A stretch of DNA of 64,000 nt from assembly GCA_965237675.1 (NCBI GenBank), contig OZ250150.1:928001-992000 (forward strand), written 5' to 3'. This document shows, in pieces, positions 21,518 to 31,885 of the stretch. How positions within the stretch are numbered: the stretch's first letter is position 1; the number at the start of each line of letters is the position of its first letter. The translations under genes and the position numbers were made by a program. Source of the DNA: Candidatus Latescibacterota bacterium (lineage in GTDB: Bacteria > Latescibacterota > UBA2968 > GCA-2709665). Under the pieces are notes generated by a model that was not told the DNA's origin, ran no database searches, and saw only the letters and a list, made by a program, of their open reading frames with translations.

Positions 21518-22255
21518 GTGTCAAGAATCGAACCCGCATCCCGACTGTCCCGCCTGAACGGCGCCAGGATCGGACTTCTGGACCCGGGAAAGCGAACCGC
21601 GGGAGCCGTTCTCAATGCGGTCGGTGAGCGACTCGCGGCAGAGTACGACGCGAACGTGGTCGGACCCTGGAAAAAGTCATCCCCGTACCGCGTCTGCACG
21701 AAGAAGCTTCTGGAGGAAATCGTCCCGCAGTGCGACGGGCTTGTTATGGGGGTTGTGGACTGATGCGGCGCCAGTTCGTGCAGTTTGCACGATATGCTGG
21801 AGTTCGAGTTGAGAGGCATACCGACCGCCTACATCACGGCCGCGGGACGGGTACCGATGATCGAACGCGATGGTGATGGGTTCAAGCTATCGCATGCAAC
21901 AGGAAACTATCTGGTTGAGGCGTGGGAGGACTCGGGACCGCAGCCGGACAACGTGCATCGCAGGCTGATTCACTTCGGAGTACACCGCAGGATGAGGATG
22001 AGCGACGTGAAGGAGGGGGATCAGGTCCGGTACCGCGGCAGGGACCTGCGATGGGAGTATCCTCGAAAGGAGCTGGAAGCCAGATTCAGGCCTTCCGGAG
22101 CCGGTGCCTGGTCGAGCAAGCTTGACGGCGTCGCAGACTACAGGAATATCGAACTGCGCGCGCACGCTGCACCCATGGGAGGCGATAAAGTGGATGAATG
22201 CGTGGAGGAGGCCGTCCCACAGGTGGTGTCGATTCTGACCGGCGGGAGGGCATGA
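21518..22255 (+). CDS. probable UGSC-family selenoprotein variant (245 aa with TGA read as Sec)
   Basis: ORFs 21518..21763 and 21785..22255 are in frame: GVVD-U-CGASSCSLHDMLEFELRGIP; SECIS-like hairpin at 21776-21792; RBS AAGGAG. Confidence 0.8.
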
Positions 22256-22286
22256 GTTCACGCGTCGAATCACTGTAGCAACATGA

Positions 22287-23070
22287 CTAACCCATCTCCG
22301 GCTGTACGATGCAGAAGTCGGCGCCTTGAGGATCCCGGGCGACCACCATTCGTCCGAATCCCGCAATGTCGTCCGGCTCAGCCATCAATCGACCTCCGTG
22401 CCCCTGCACGTGACCCGCTGATTCGTCATAATCCCGGACCTGAAAATACACGTACCACTCGGACGCGACCCCTTCTTCGATCATCCGGTCCGGCATCTGC
22501 ATGATCCCGCCCACACCCTCGTCTCCCACCAGCAAGGTCGTATACTGAACCGGCTGTTCTTCGCCCGCCGTCGCGGTTTCGATACCGAATACCTGCTCGA
22601 AAAACCGAACCGATGCTGCACGATCCGTACTCAGATGCTCACACCAGGAAAACGCGTCCACCTCCGACGTCACTCCGCATCCCGCGAACTCGCCGGGCTC
22701 CCACAGCGTCGTCACACAACCCGTCGGGTCCGCGATCACCGCCACCCGACCCGCGCGATCGACGTCTCTCGAGCCAGCCAGCACAGCCCCGCTATTCGCC
22801 GCCACCCGCGCGACCACGGCGTCGACATCATCCACCGAGACGTAGAGGTTCCACTTCGCGGCCCCGTCCGGACGAATCTGCCCGGGGCCGGATTCATAGA
22901 TCGCCGCCGCTGCCGACCCGTCCAGCATCGCCATCGAATAAACCCCGATGTCCATCTCCCCCATCTCCTCATCCACGTACTCCCAACCGAATAGGCCGGC
23001 GTAGAACGCTTGCGCCCCGGCCAGATCAGTCGTCGCCAGATCGACCCAACACGGTGTTCCGTGTGTGTAG
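22287..23070 (-). CDS. VOC/glyoxalase family protein (two-domain); native start apparently lost
   Basis: GTPCWVDL..D...AQAFYAGLFGW, DPTG, FSWCE, W.VYF.V, DPQGA. Confidence 0.85.
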
Positions 23071-23274
23071 TCTAAAGTAATAAGTGTTTCCGCTTTCGCA
23101 ACCGTGGGCATCCAGCGGAGGTTCACCATCCAGTAACATCTGACAAAAAGGTGTTTCATTCAGATGCGAAAGGGTGGAATATTCCTCCGCCACGCTATTA
23201 ACGACCCATGGACGATCTATACTTCCATCGCCCGTAGCCAAGATTGCCAATATACCTTCTGGATCGGCTGACAT
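23071..23274 (-). pseudogene. DUF4919-like C-terminal fragment abutting the VOC gene
   Basis: ILATGDGS...PWVV.SV.EEY..L..L...Q.L...D...G.TYYF. Confidence 0.45.
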
Positions 23275-24285
23275 GCTTTGTCTCCGAACACACGGATCTG
23301 ATTGCAGGGATCATTGAGTGGAAATGAGTATCAGTAGCCCCGCCCTTATGTTTTGGACCTTGAATTTAGTCGATGCTAATTTTCGTTTCCCCATATTCGC
23401 TTGTGCAGGAATTGATCCAGAGCATCCGCGCCGCCCTGCTTGTCCACGCCGGCAGCGAGTTTGAGGTTTCTGTGAACCGTCTGTTTCGTGACGTTTCTTT
23501 TTTCAGCCAGCGCATTTTCGGCCTCATTTCTGACCTCTGTGACGCCCGGAAGCGAGGAACAACGGTCTTCTTTGTCTTTCATGTATCGTTTCACGTACGA
23601 CAAATCGCATATTGCTTGTCGTTTCATCTGCGCCCCCTTATACCTATGTTCTATCTTGGAATCTGAGTTGCGCCTGTTTGAGTCCGCGACCAACGGCACA
23701 GGGAGGATCAGAGCGCTTGCCCACGGGTTTCTCGTCCACTGTGAGCAACTGTAGGCGAGGATATATGACCTACCCGATCTGCACGTCGCCTGCCTGCACC
23801 ATTTCCCGCTTCAGCTTGTGTTGTTTTCCACTGCTGTCCAAGAACCGTGGGATTCTCAGAGATGAGGATAGAAAAGTGGCTTCAATTGGCGACTTTGTAC
23901 GGGTTTGACCCGGATGACAAGAACCAGGTTGCCGTCGTCTGCGAAATGCTGTCCAAGAACAAAGTGAGTTTCCTGGCAGCCAAAATTGTGTTGTTCCCGT
24001 CTCATTAAGCGCGTGAAATAGGCAGTTTGTGAAACTCAGGCGACGTTGGTCGAGGCGCTGCTTCGCGGAAGCAAACCAGATGCTGTCGAGTACAGAAACC
24101 GATTTTGAACAGGTGTGATCCGTCTTATACAATACGCCCGTTTTTTTGCGTTTTTTGCCGAATTTTCGGTACTTATTTGGGTTGTGGGAGAGGTGGGACA
24201 TCCTATGGGGTAATGAGGCCCGGGCATCGAATTGTCCCGTCGGGAAGATTACAAGATACCCTGGGACCTCTGCCTTTCGTTCAGA

Positions 24286-24546
24286 TCATGGACCAATCTC
24301 ATCTTTTTCGGGAAAGTCCATGAGTTCACGAAAAAAAGCTTCTGCTACTTCGGTATTTACAGGATGGTCCGGACTTTCTCCTTCAAGATCTTGAATGAGA
24401 AGAAGGACATCGCACCATGCTTTCTGCTTTTCTCTATCAGGTATTTCTTGCCCCAATGTCTCGACTATGGTCTGCATCGAGCGAGCCATGACATACAGGG
24501 CGGCTTTGGGAGGAAAGTCTGGTTTATCAAAATGGGTAGTATGCAT
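24286..24546 (-). CDS. hypothetical protein
   Basis: 86-aa ORF with AGGAGA RBS. Confidence 0.45.
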   Translation of the reverse strand: MHTTHFDKPDFPPKAALYVMARSMQTIVETLGQEIPDREKQKAWCDVLLLIQDLEGESPDHPVNTEVAEAFFRELMDFPEKDEIGP

Positions 24547-24816
24547 GGAATATCTCCTATTTGCCGAAGGTTGTTATGGGTCTATTTTATCAAAGACGTT
24601 ATGGATTTTTCGAATGTCGTGGTGGAATTCGAGTAGGAATCGAGGGACGTTTTACAGGTCGTCGTAAGGATATTTTCTCATTTTGTCTTGATTTTTCAAA
24701 TTGGGATCCGTCGGCGGAATGTTTCAAACATTATAGAAGATTCTGCGGTTGTTGACGGCCAGTCCTAGAGACGGCGATGATGATCGTTCTTTAAGTTATG
24801 AGCTGTAGTCTAATTT

Positions 24817-25083
24817 CCCCCGAATTATTCATAAAAAAGGTAGTTTCCATACCTAAATCATTGTATTATATTATGGTTACACACAAGAAACCATAACACA
24901 ATGAAACAGGAGGAAACTACCGTGGAGGTTCAAGATAATCAACGCACGCTCTCTTTCGCAAGTGTTTCGGGCAAGCAGGTGGAAGCCGTCTTCGATGGCG
25001 GTGTGCTCACCAGCGATATGGGGTTGATGTTGCTTCGGGAGGTGGCGTCGAAAACCAGCATCCTGTCTCGTATCGTGGCAGCC
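24817..25083 (+). mobile_element. IS1380-family remnant (left end plus transposase N-terminus)
   Basis: CCCCCGAATTATTCAT end; 'GKQVEAVFDGGVLTSDMGLMLLREV' signature. Confidence 0.8.
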
Positions 25084-25655
25084 TGTAGGGTACAGTACGG
25101 CAAAGGCGGATTAATGTCAAGAATGAAGCCGTGGATGTACCGCTGGGTTTGTTTATCATAGATTAAGAAACTATAGGGCATCACTCATCCGAAACCAGCA
25201 TATAAAATCCCGGAAGACCTCCCCAACCTTCACTATCAATATAAAGCTAAATATCCTCTTCGAGACACAAAGCAAGGTGCACCCTCCCACGAATTGTCAA
25301 TACATCCATTTCGGTAAATGGAGAATGCACTGTGGTAAGGTTGTTTTGCCTATTTCAAAAAGAATGAGGGTATAAACAAACAGGTCATATTTCAGTGTAA
25401 ATCATCCCCGGGATCGAGTCAATAAAGAACACCTTGATTCTGAAGACAAAGGAGTTATTCTAGCGAGCATCCAGGGGTTTGTCTCCCGGATGTCCGGAGC
25501 TCTAAAATGCGTGGATATATGTTCCATACCTTTGAATTGTAAAAGCAATTCGGTATCAGCCTTATTGCAGTGGTGGAGTTGACGATTACATTCTGGTATA
25601 GCGTCTTTCGATACAAAAAAGGGGGCCATGCGTTGACTTTAGGCAAGGAGGAAAA

Positions 25656-26111
25656 ATGCGGATCTCCGTTTGTCGTATAGCCGTAATATTCCTGGTGCTC
25701 GGGTGCGAGGGGCGCGCTGTTGTTAAAGAATACAATCGGGGGTTGGATGTCTCATTCCGAGAAAATGACTGTGGGCCTTATACTCAGATGGCGGGGCTGC
25801 GGTGTACCGGAGTCAAGTGGAGGTTTATATCCCACAGGAAGGTAAAACTCCCGCGCAAGCCTCCCATATCTGTTTCAGGTGTGGCGGTTGTATTTTGGGA
25901 AAACGAGACAGATAAAGAAATATCTGCGAAATGTGCCTTGTTGTGTAAAGATGAGCACGGATTAATCATTACCGGAGATGTGAAGACCGTTTCCATCCTG
26001 CCTGGGGTGGACAACGATTCGGTGTTTTTCGACCTTGAGATAGACGATATCGGTGCTGCAAATTTGGTCACAGCCATACATATTAAATGTGTGCCTCCGA
26101 GTACGAAATGA
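25656..26111 (+). CDS. hypothetical putative lipoprotein
   Basis: RBS AAGGAGG; signal peptide ending VLGC. Confidence 0.55.
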   Translation: MRISVCRIAVIFLVLGCEGRAVVKEYNRGLDVSFRENDCGPYTQMAGLRCTGVKWRFISHRKVKLPRKPPISVSGVAVVFWENETDKEISAKCALLCKDEHGLIITGDVKTVSILPGVDNDSVFFDLEIDDIGAANLVTAIHIKCVPPSTK

Positions 26112-26226
26112 TCGAAAACCTGTATGCTTAACTTGACACGATGCATATATGAAATTAAGATGCCTGGTCGCCTGATGGCGGAAAAATTGCCTTCCTCTCC
26201 AACCCCGAGACGACTCTTGATATTTA

Positions 26227-27457
26227 GGAATCTCTGATTAAGTTGCTTATTGATTATGTGGGTATGAAGTCGTATATACAAGGATAAGGATGGCCGCGTG
26301 TTGGGATTTGAGATGGAACAACATAGAACGAGGTGCCCAGCGATGAAACAAATGAGTTTTTCGGATTTGTCGTATAGAACGAAGAAGAAGCAGACGCGCA
26401 GAGAACGATTTCTGGAAGAGATGGATGCGGTGTTGCCGTGGGAGATTCTGCTTAAACCCATTAAGAGGAAGTATCCGAAACCTGGAAACGGTCGTCGTCC
26501 GATAGGCGCGGAGGTGATGCTGAGGATCTACTTCATGCAGCAATGGTATGGGTTGAGCGATCCGGGTATGGAGGACAGTCTTTATGACGTGGAATCGATG
26601 CGCCGTTTCGCCGGTGTGGAGATCAACGGGGTGCCTGACGAGACGACGATCTGCAAGTTCCGGCACTTTCTGGAGGGGCATGGTCTGACCGAAGCATTGT
26701 TTAAGCAGGCGAAGCGGTATCTGTCGGGGCGGGGCATGATCGTCAGTGAAGGCACGATTGTGGACGCCACGATCATTCATGCGCCATCGTCGACGAAGAA
26801 CCGGGAACGCAAGCGGGACCCCGAGATGAAAAGCACGAAGAAGGGCAACACCTGGTATTTCGGCATGAAGGCCCACGTCGGCGCCGATGTGAAAGGGCGG
26901 GTGCACAGTGTGGTCACCACCGCCGCTTCGGTGCATGACTCCCAGGTGATGGACGCGTGCCTGCATGGAAAGGAGCGGACGATCTATGGCGACAAGGCCT
27001 ATGCGGACCAGACGCGAAAGGAACAGGCCGAATCCAATGACATCGAATGGCGTGTGCTTCGCAAGGCCCGCCGTGGCAAGCGTCTCAACTGCGCGGACCT
27101 GTCGTTCAACAAGAAGAGCAATCGCACACGCGCACGGGTCGAACATCCCTTTGGCGTCATCAAGCACCTGTGGGGCTATCGCAAGGTCAGATACCGGGGC
27201 CTTGCCAAGAACACGGCCCACCTCTTCACTCTGTTCGCCCTGGCCAATTTCTATCTCGTCCGACGGGAACTGGCCACCGCTTAGGGACAAATCCGTCCGG
27301 ATCGGGCGGACGGGGGCACAAACCCCGGGACGGGGCGCATCCCACCCTCGAATAGCCCCCACAACCATCCAAAACCACGTCCTTTTCAACATAAACGTCC
27401 TCTCAACACGATCATATCACACCACGACTTCGTATAACCGGGTTGATCAGACCTTCC
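26227..27457 (+). mobile_element. IS5-family element (transposase 26343..27284)
   Basis: MKQMSF, VPDETTI, IVDATII, FGMKAHVG, YGDKAY, RARVEHPF, KVRYRGLAKN; ends GGAATCTCTGATTAA and TTGATCAGACCTTCC; no target duplication. Confidence 0.93.
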
Positions 27458-27743
27458 TTCGGAGTACACCGCAGGATGAGGATGAGCGACGTGAAGGAGG
27501 GGGATCAGGTCCGGTACCGCGGCAGGGACCTGCGATGGGAGTATCCACGAAAGGAGCTGGAAGCCAGGTTCAGGCCTTCCGGAGCCGGCGCCTGGTCGAG
27601 CACCCTTGACGGTGTCGCAGGCTACAGGAATATCGAACTGCGCGCGCACGCTGCACCCATGGAAGGCGATAAAGCGGATGAATGCGTGGAGGAGGCCGTC
27701 CCGCAGGTGGTGTCGATTCTGACGCGAGGGAGGGCGTGAGTTT
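27457..27743 (+). pseudogene. second, 5'-truncated copy of the UGSC-like gene 3' end
   Basis: About 95% identical to 21973..22259 (about 14 substitutions by manual count); begins at the IS5 right end. Confidence 0.92.
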
Positions 27744-27786
27744 ACGGTACGCGCTCAGATGCACCGAGGGTACCAAGGAGGCAATT

Positions 27787-29001
27787 ATGTTTTTCAGATC
27801 AGTTGCCATATTGGCGGTCCTGGTTCTCACAGCCCAGGCTTCCGGTTGTCCCGGTGACTTCGACAACAACAGGCGGGTTGACTTCGCTGATTTTATCGCC
27901 CTGGCCGTTGCATTTGGGGCTCAGCAGGGTGACGCAGGTTATAATGCCGCAGTGGATCTGGACACTGATGGCTCAATTGATATGGCCGACTTTCTGGCCT
28001 TCGCGAAGTTGTTTGGTAATCCTTGTTTTGCCGAACTCACCCGTTTGACGAATAGCGAGACCATCGAATTACATCCCACGTGGTCACCGCCAGACGGCCG
28101 CAAGATTGCTTATCTCTCTGGTTTTGAAGATCCGGAATTGTGGGTGATGAATGCGGATGGTGGTGATTCAATAAGATTAGCCACTTCTATTGCAGTGGAT
28201 ACCGAATTATACACGACGCTAGCCTGGTCACCGGACGGTGAGCACATCGCTTTTTCCTCTGCTCGGGATGGGAATTCAGAGATTTATAAGGTAGGTGCAA
28301 ATGGTGAAGGTCTCACTCGTCTTACAAATAATGACGCAGAAGATATATACCCTTCTTGGTCACCTGACGGCACCAAGATCACCTTTTCTTCCAACCAGGA
28401 CGGGAACTTTGAAATTTATGTGGCGGGTCCGGAAGGCGCAGATCTCACACGGCTAACGAATAGTACTGTCCACGATTGGCTTCCGGTCTGGTCACCCGAC
28501 AGTAAGAAGATTGCCTTTATGTCTATAGGTGTTGATTCCAATGATAATAGGTTCGCTGTAATTTCTGTGGTGGATGTTGAGTCGGCAACGGTTACGCAAC
28601 TCACCGCAGATACCGAAGGTAGTATTTTGCCTACGTGGTCGCCTGACGGAACAAGAATTACCTTCTGGTCAAGGCGCGACAATGCCCGCACAAACTATGG
28701 CGATATGTATGTGATGAATGCTGACGGTAGCGAGGTTACTCGCCTGACCTTTCAGGATATCTGGGATGATTTGTGGGTAGGTGCTGCATGGTCACCGGAC
28801 GGCACCAGAGTCGTTTACTCAGCTGAGGGAGACGGCCCACTTTTTGTAATGAACGCTGACGGAGCGAATATCAAACGCTTAACGAATAGCGAGACTGCGG
28901 AGTATTATCCGGCCTGGTCGCCTGATGGCAAGAAAATCGCCTTTCTCTCCAACCCCGAGAGGACTTTTGATATTTATGTTGTAGAGGTTCCGTCAGAGTA
29001 A
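27787..29001 (+). CDS. secreted TolB-like (PD40 repeat) protein with N-terminal dockerin-like EF-hand pair
   Basis: Signal peptide; DFDNNRRVDFADF and DLDTDGSIDMADF; seven 'P.WSPDG..IAF'-type repeats. Confidence 0.9.
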   Translation: MFFRSVAILAVLVLTAQASGCPGDFDNNRRVDFADFIALAVAFGAQQGDAGYNAAVDLDTDGSIDMADFLAFAKLFGNPCFAELTRLTNSETIELHPTWSPPDGRKIAYLSGFEDPELWVMNADGGDSIRLATSIAVDTELYTTLAWSPDGEHIAFSSARDGNSEIYKVGANGEGLTRLTNNDAEDIYPSWSPDGTKITFSSNQDGNFEIYVAGPEGADLTRLTNSTVHDWLPVWSPDSKKIAFMSIGVDSNDNRFAVISVVDVESATVTQLTADTEGSILPTWSPDGTRITFWSRRDNARTNYGDMYVMNADGSEVTRLTFQDIWDDLWVGAAWSPDGTRVVYSAEGDGPLFVMNADGANIKRLTNSETAEYYPAWSPDGKKIAFLSNPERTFDIYVVEVPSE

Positions 29002-29457
29002 CTCACATAACGAATCATATCAAATGACTTACGCGGGATTCTATAGACTTCGTGCGGGGGAATGTGCCTATCATAGTTGAAATAGAAGAGGCTCCGATGT
29101 AAATTGGATACGGTAGTCCCGCGAAGAATTACTGTATCCTCATACGAAAGGAGCCTGTCATGAGCAAGGTATCATCGAAGTCCCATAAATTCAAGTTGAA
29201 CACGGATGGCTGTGTATTGTCCGGTCCTGTCAGAAGCGCTGGAGGATGTTGACGCCCGTGTGTATTGATCCTGTCGCTGATCCCGCTTGGTCTGAACGCT
29301 GTGGCAGAAATCTTGCATAATGAGGTCGTTGAGACCCAGGCTCTGCCCGCAGGGCATCACTCGACAAGTATCGCTCTGGAACGTGCCTGGGGACGTGCCA
29401 GCGAGTCCGTCGAACATCCCGCGGACCCACGAAGTCTAAAGTGAACTGGTTGAGCCG

Positions 29458-30297
29458 ATGTCGCGCGATTGGAGCCGACAGGAGGTCGAAGCCACTGTCC
29501 GAGACTATTTCGACATGCTGGCTTCGGAACTTCGTGGTGAACCGTTCAACAAAGCCGCCCACAACAAGGCGCTCCGGGCTCGGTTGGATGACCGCACGCG
29601 CGGCGCAGTAGAGCGCAAACACCAGAACATCAGCGCAGTCCTGATCGAATTGGGGTTCCCCTACATCAACGGATACAAACCGCTCGTCAACATCCAGAGC
29701 ATGCTGAGGGATGTGGTGCACGAGCACCTATCGTCGCTCGAGAATTTGGTAAAAGCCGATGTCGAGGCACGCCAGATTCAAGTCGCCGTCGACGATCTCC
29801 TCGGTATCGGAGTCGATCCGCCTGTGCCTGCTTCTAGTTCAGTAGGTGAGGGACCCATTGACTACGTCGTTTCCGGTCAACCTGCACCAACGATCAACTA
29901 CCTCCAGATGGAGGCGCTCAATCGATCTCTGGGGTGTGCCGGAGAAGCGCTGGTCATGGAGTTTGAGCGCGCCCGGCTACTGGGCGAAGGCAAGGACCGC
30001 CTCGCCAGAAACGTCGAGCAGGTTTCCAAAACTGTGGGCGACCATGCCGGTTTTGATATTCGTTCGTACGAAGTCAGCGGGCGGGATCGATTCATTGAGG
30101 TAAAGACGACACGTTACGGTAAGCTCACGCCATTCTACATCAGCGCCGGCGAGGTCCGATTTTCCGAGGCGAACGTACACGCCTATCATCTCTACCGGCT
30201 GTTCGAGTTTCGGAAGAGACCCAGGCTCTTCCAGTTACCAGGGGATGTCGGACGTCACGTGCAGCTGCAGGCCGTCAGCTACCGCGCACGCTTCTGA
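29458..30297 (+). CDS. DUF3883 (NOV C-terminal) PD-(D/E)XK endonuclease-like protein
   Basis: LG.AGE..V..FE, GFDIRS, FIEVKTT, FYIS..E; N-terminal DWSRQEVEA...HQNISAVL domain. Confidence 0.8.
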   Translation: MSRDWSRQEVEATVRDYFDMLASELRGEPFNKAAHNKALRARLDDRTRGAVERKHQNISAVLIELGFPYINGYKPLVNIQSMLRDVVHEHLSSLENLVKADVEARQIQVAVDDLLGIGVDPPVPASSSVGEGPIDYVVSGQPAPTINYLQMEALNRSLGCAGEALVMEFERARLLGEGKDRLARNVEQVSKTVGDHAGFDIRSYEVSGRDRFIEVKTTRYGKLTPFYISAGEVRFSEANVHAYHLYRLFEFRKRPRLFQLPGDVGRHVQLQAVSYRARF

Positions 30298-30394
30298 GAG
30301 CCGCGTCTGTATGGAGGGCGAAAGGCTCAGAAACCTTTCTCCTTACTCGCGTCGACCCGCATCGTGGCCGACGACCGTCCCGCCTCTAGCGCTT

Positions 30395-31222
30395 ATGCCG
30401 ACTGAGGAATATCCGTTGATTTCGAACATAGTTAAGACCTTTCTGGAGTTGGGTGACGCGACGTCCCGCAATCTTGAGTTCTCCCATCGTACAGACGTGT
30501 ACGTCAGTTACGGTGAAGAAACGATCACCGAAACCAACCTGCTTGAGATCAGGCGCCGACATAGCGACCGCGTTCACCTTGAGACGTTTTCCAAGAAGAA
30601 GGAGGCCCATAGCGGCGCCGACTGGGAGTGGCACATCGTCGGCAATAGGTGGACCCTAAAAATGCGAGTACAGGCCAAGAGAGCAAGATACAAAGGTACG
30701 TTACAGATCAAGTACAACCAGCAACGTGAACTGCTCTTGGACAAGGCAGAGTTCGCCAATATGAAACCGATCTACTGTTTCTATTGCACCGAACCCCAGC
30801 GCTCCATTTGGAAGCAATCGAATCAAGAGGAATGCCATACTGGCTGTCTGTTGGCGGATGCCAACGACGTACCCGAGACAACCACGAAACTGTGCGAAAT
30901 CGAAGACAAATGCATTCCGTGGCACTACCTGTTTCAGCGTGCAGACTTCGCACGTTGCAAGTCGGATGGGTTGTTTTCTGCTCGCGTTGCGAGAATGGTC
31001 GATTTAGGCGATGCCGACAGGGACCCAGAAACGACGTGGTGGAAGGCTCCCACGATCGCGGACCTTAACGAAAAAGGGGATGGTGATTTCGACCACACCG
31101 GCGTTCACGAAACCAAGGGAGAAGACCTCCGTCAGTCAAGTTATCCGCAAGAAGATCACGCGGAACTTTCGGACCGCGGGATACATCGAAAACTCGTGAT
31201 TGACGTTCGTGTTCAGGAATAG
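30395..31222 (+). CDS. DUF6615-like protein (nuclease-fold candidate)
   Basis: EETITETNL, E..SGADWEW, RVQAKR, PIYCFY. Confidence 0.65.
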   Translation: MPTEEYPLISNIVKTFLELGDATSRNLEFSHRTDVYVSYGEETITETNLLEIRRRHSDRVHLETFSKKKEAHSGADWEWHIVGNRWTLKMRVQAKRARYKGTLQIKYNQQRELLLDKAEFANMKPIYCFYCTEPQRSIWKQSNQEECHTGCLLADANDVPETTTKLCEIEDKCIPWHYLFQRADFARCKSDGLFSARVARMVDLGDADRDPETTWWKAPTIADLNEKGDGDFDHTGVHETKGEDLRQSSYPQEDHAELSDRGIHRKLVIDVRVQE

Positions 31223-31519
31223 GTTGTTTCCAGAACCCGATTCAGAATGACAATGAGCATGGCAGACAGGAATGTCTGCCCCACCTTCATGCACGCTTCC
31301 CTCACGGGCTCGAAGAGCCATTATGCGAGGGATGGAATTGATTGATTCGCGAAAATAGCGGCTTACCTTGACAGCTCATGTTTTAATCAGCCCAGGATGA
31401 GATCGCTCGCAACGCCATTGCGTTTACATATTGTCAGTAGCGGAAAATAGTTGACAGTTTTTCGTCTGTTACACTGGAGAATGTAAACCATATGGTGCTC
31501 CCCGAACCTGAGGTCGTTA

Positions 31520-31710
31520 GCCTTGCCCTGAGCCGCTCCCTGAGCCTGTCGAAGGGTCGGCGAAGGGCTGTCCAATGGAGCCGAACGAGTTCCGAAACGC
31601 GCATTTCGACGAGCTCAATGAACGCATTTCGACAAGCTTGCATCGACAGGCTCAGCACAGGCAATGACCACGTTTCGGTAGGCTCAAAGACCGCTTTGAC
31701 AAGCTGAGCC
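31520..31710. repeat. cluster of REP-like palindromes (CTGAGCCTGTCGAAG / TTCGACAAGCTCAG type)
   Basis: Several degenerate units in both orientations; the same unit occurs at ~57520-57540. Confidence 0.7.
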
Positions 31711-31885
31711 GCTACAGAGGAGGATGTAAACTAAAGGGTGCTCCCCGTAATAACTACGAAAGCTGAGCGACTGGACGGTAGCGCCTCTACATCTTTTCGA
31801 AATCCGGTCTCACACCCGGCGTTTTCCACCACCTAGACCGCTCCCCAGCCCCTGCACGCTCCCTCCCACATAAGGAAAAATCGAA

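Noticed and set aside
23376-24230. ORFs with a weak HTH-like segment (LAEKRNVTKQTVHRN)
   Set aside because: Multiple stops and no assignable family; probably decayed sequence.
27734-29010. GTGAGTT(T)AC inverted motifs flanking the TolB-like gene as recombination sites
   Set aside because: Only 7-9 bp and overlapping stop codons; expected by chance.
29090-29210. Possible IS3 left end with a short MSKVSSKSHKFKL ORF
   Set aside because: Suggestive RBS and start only; no second end or catalytic domain.
31440-31491. MVYILQC on the minus strand as a GIY-YIG nuclease remnant beside REP-like repeats
   Set aside because: Only about 7 residues match; too short to call.
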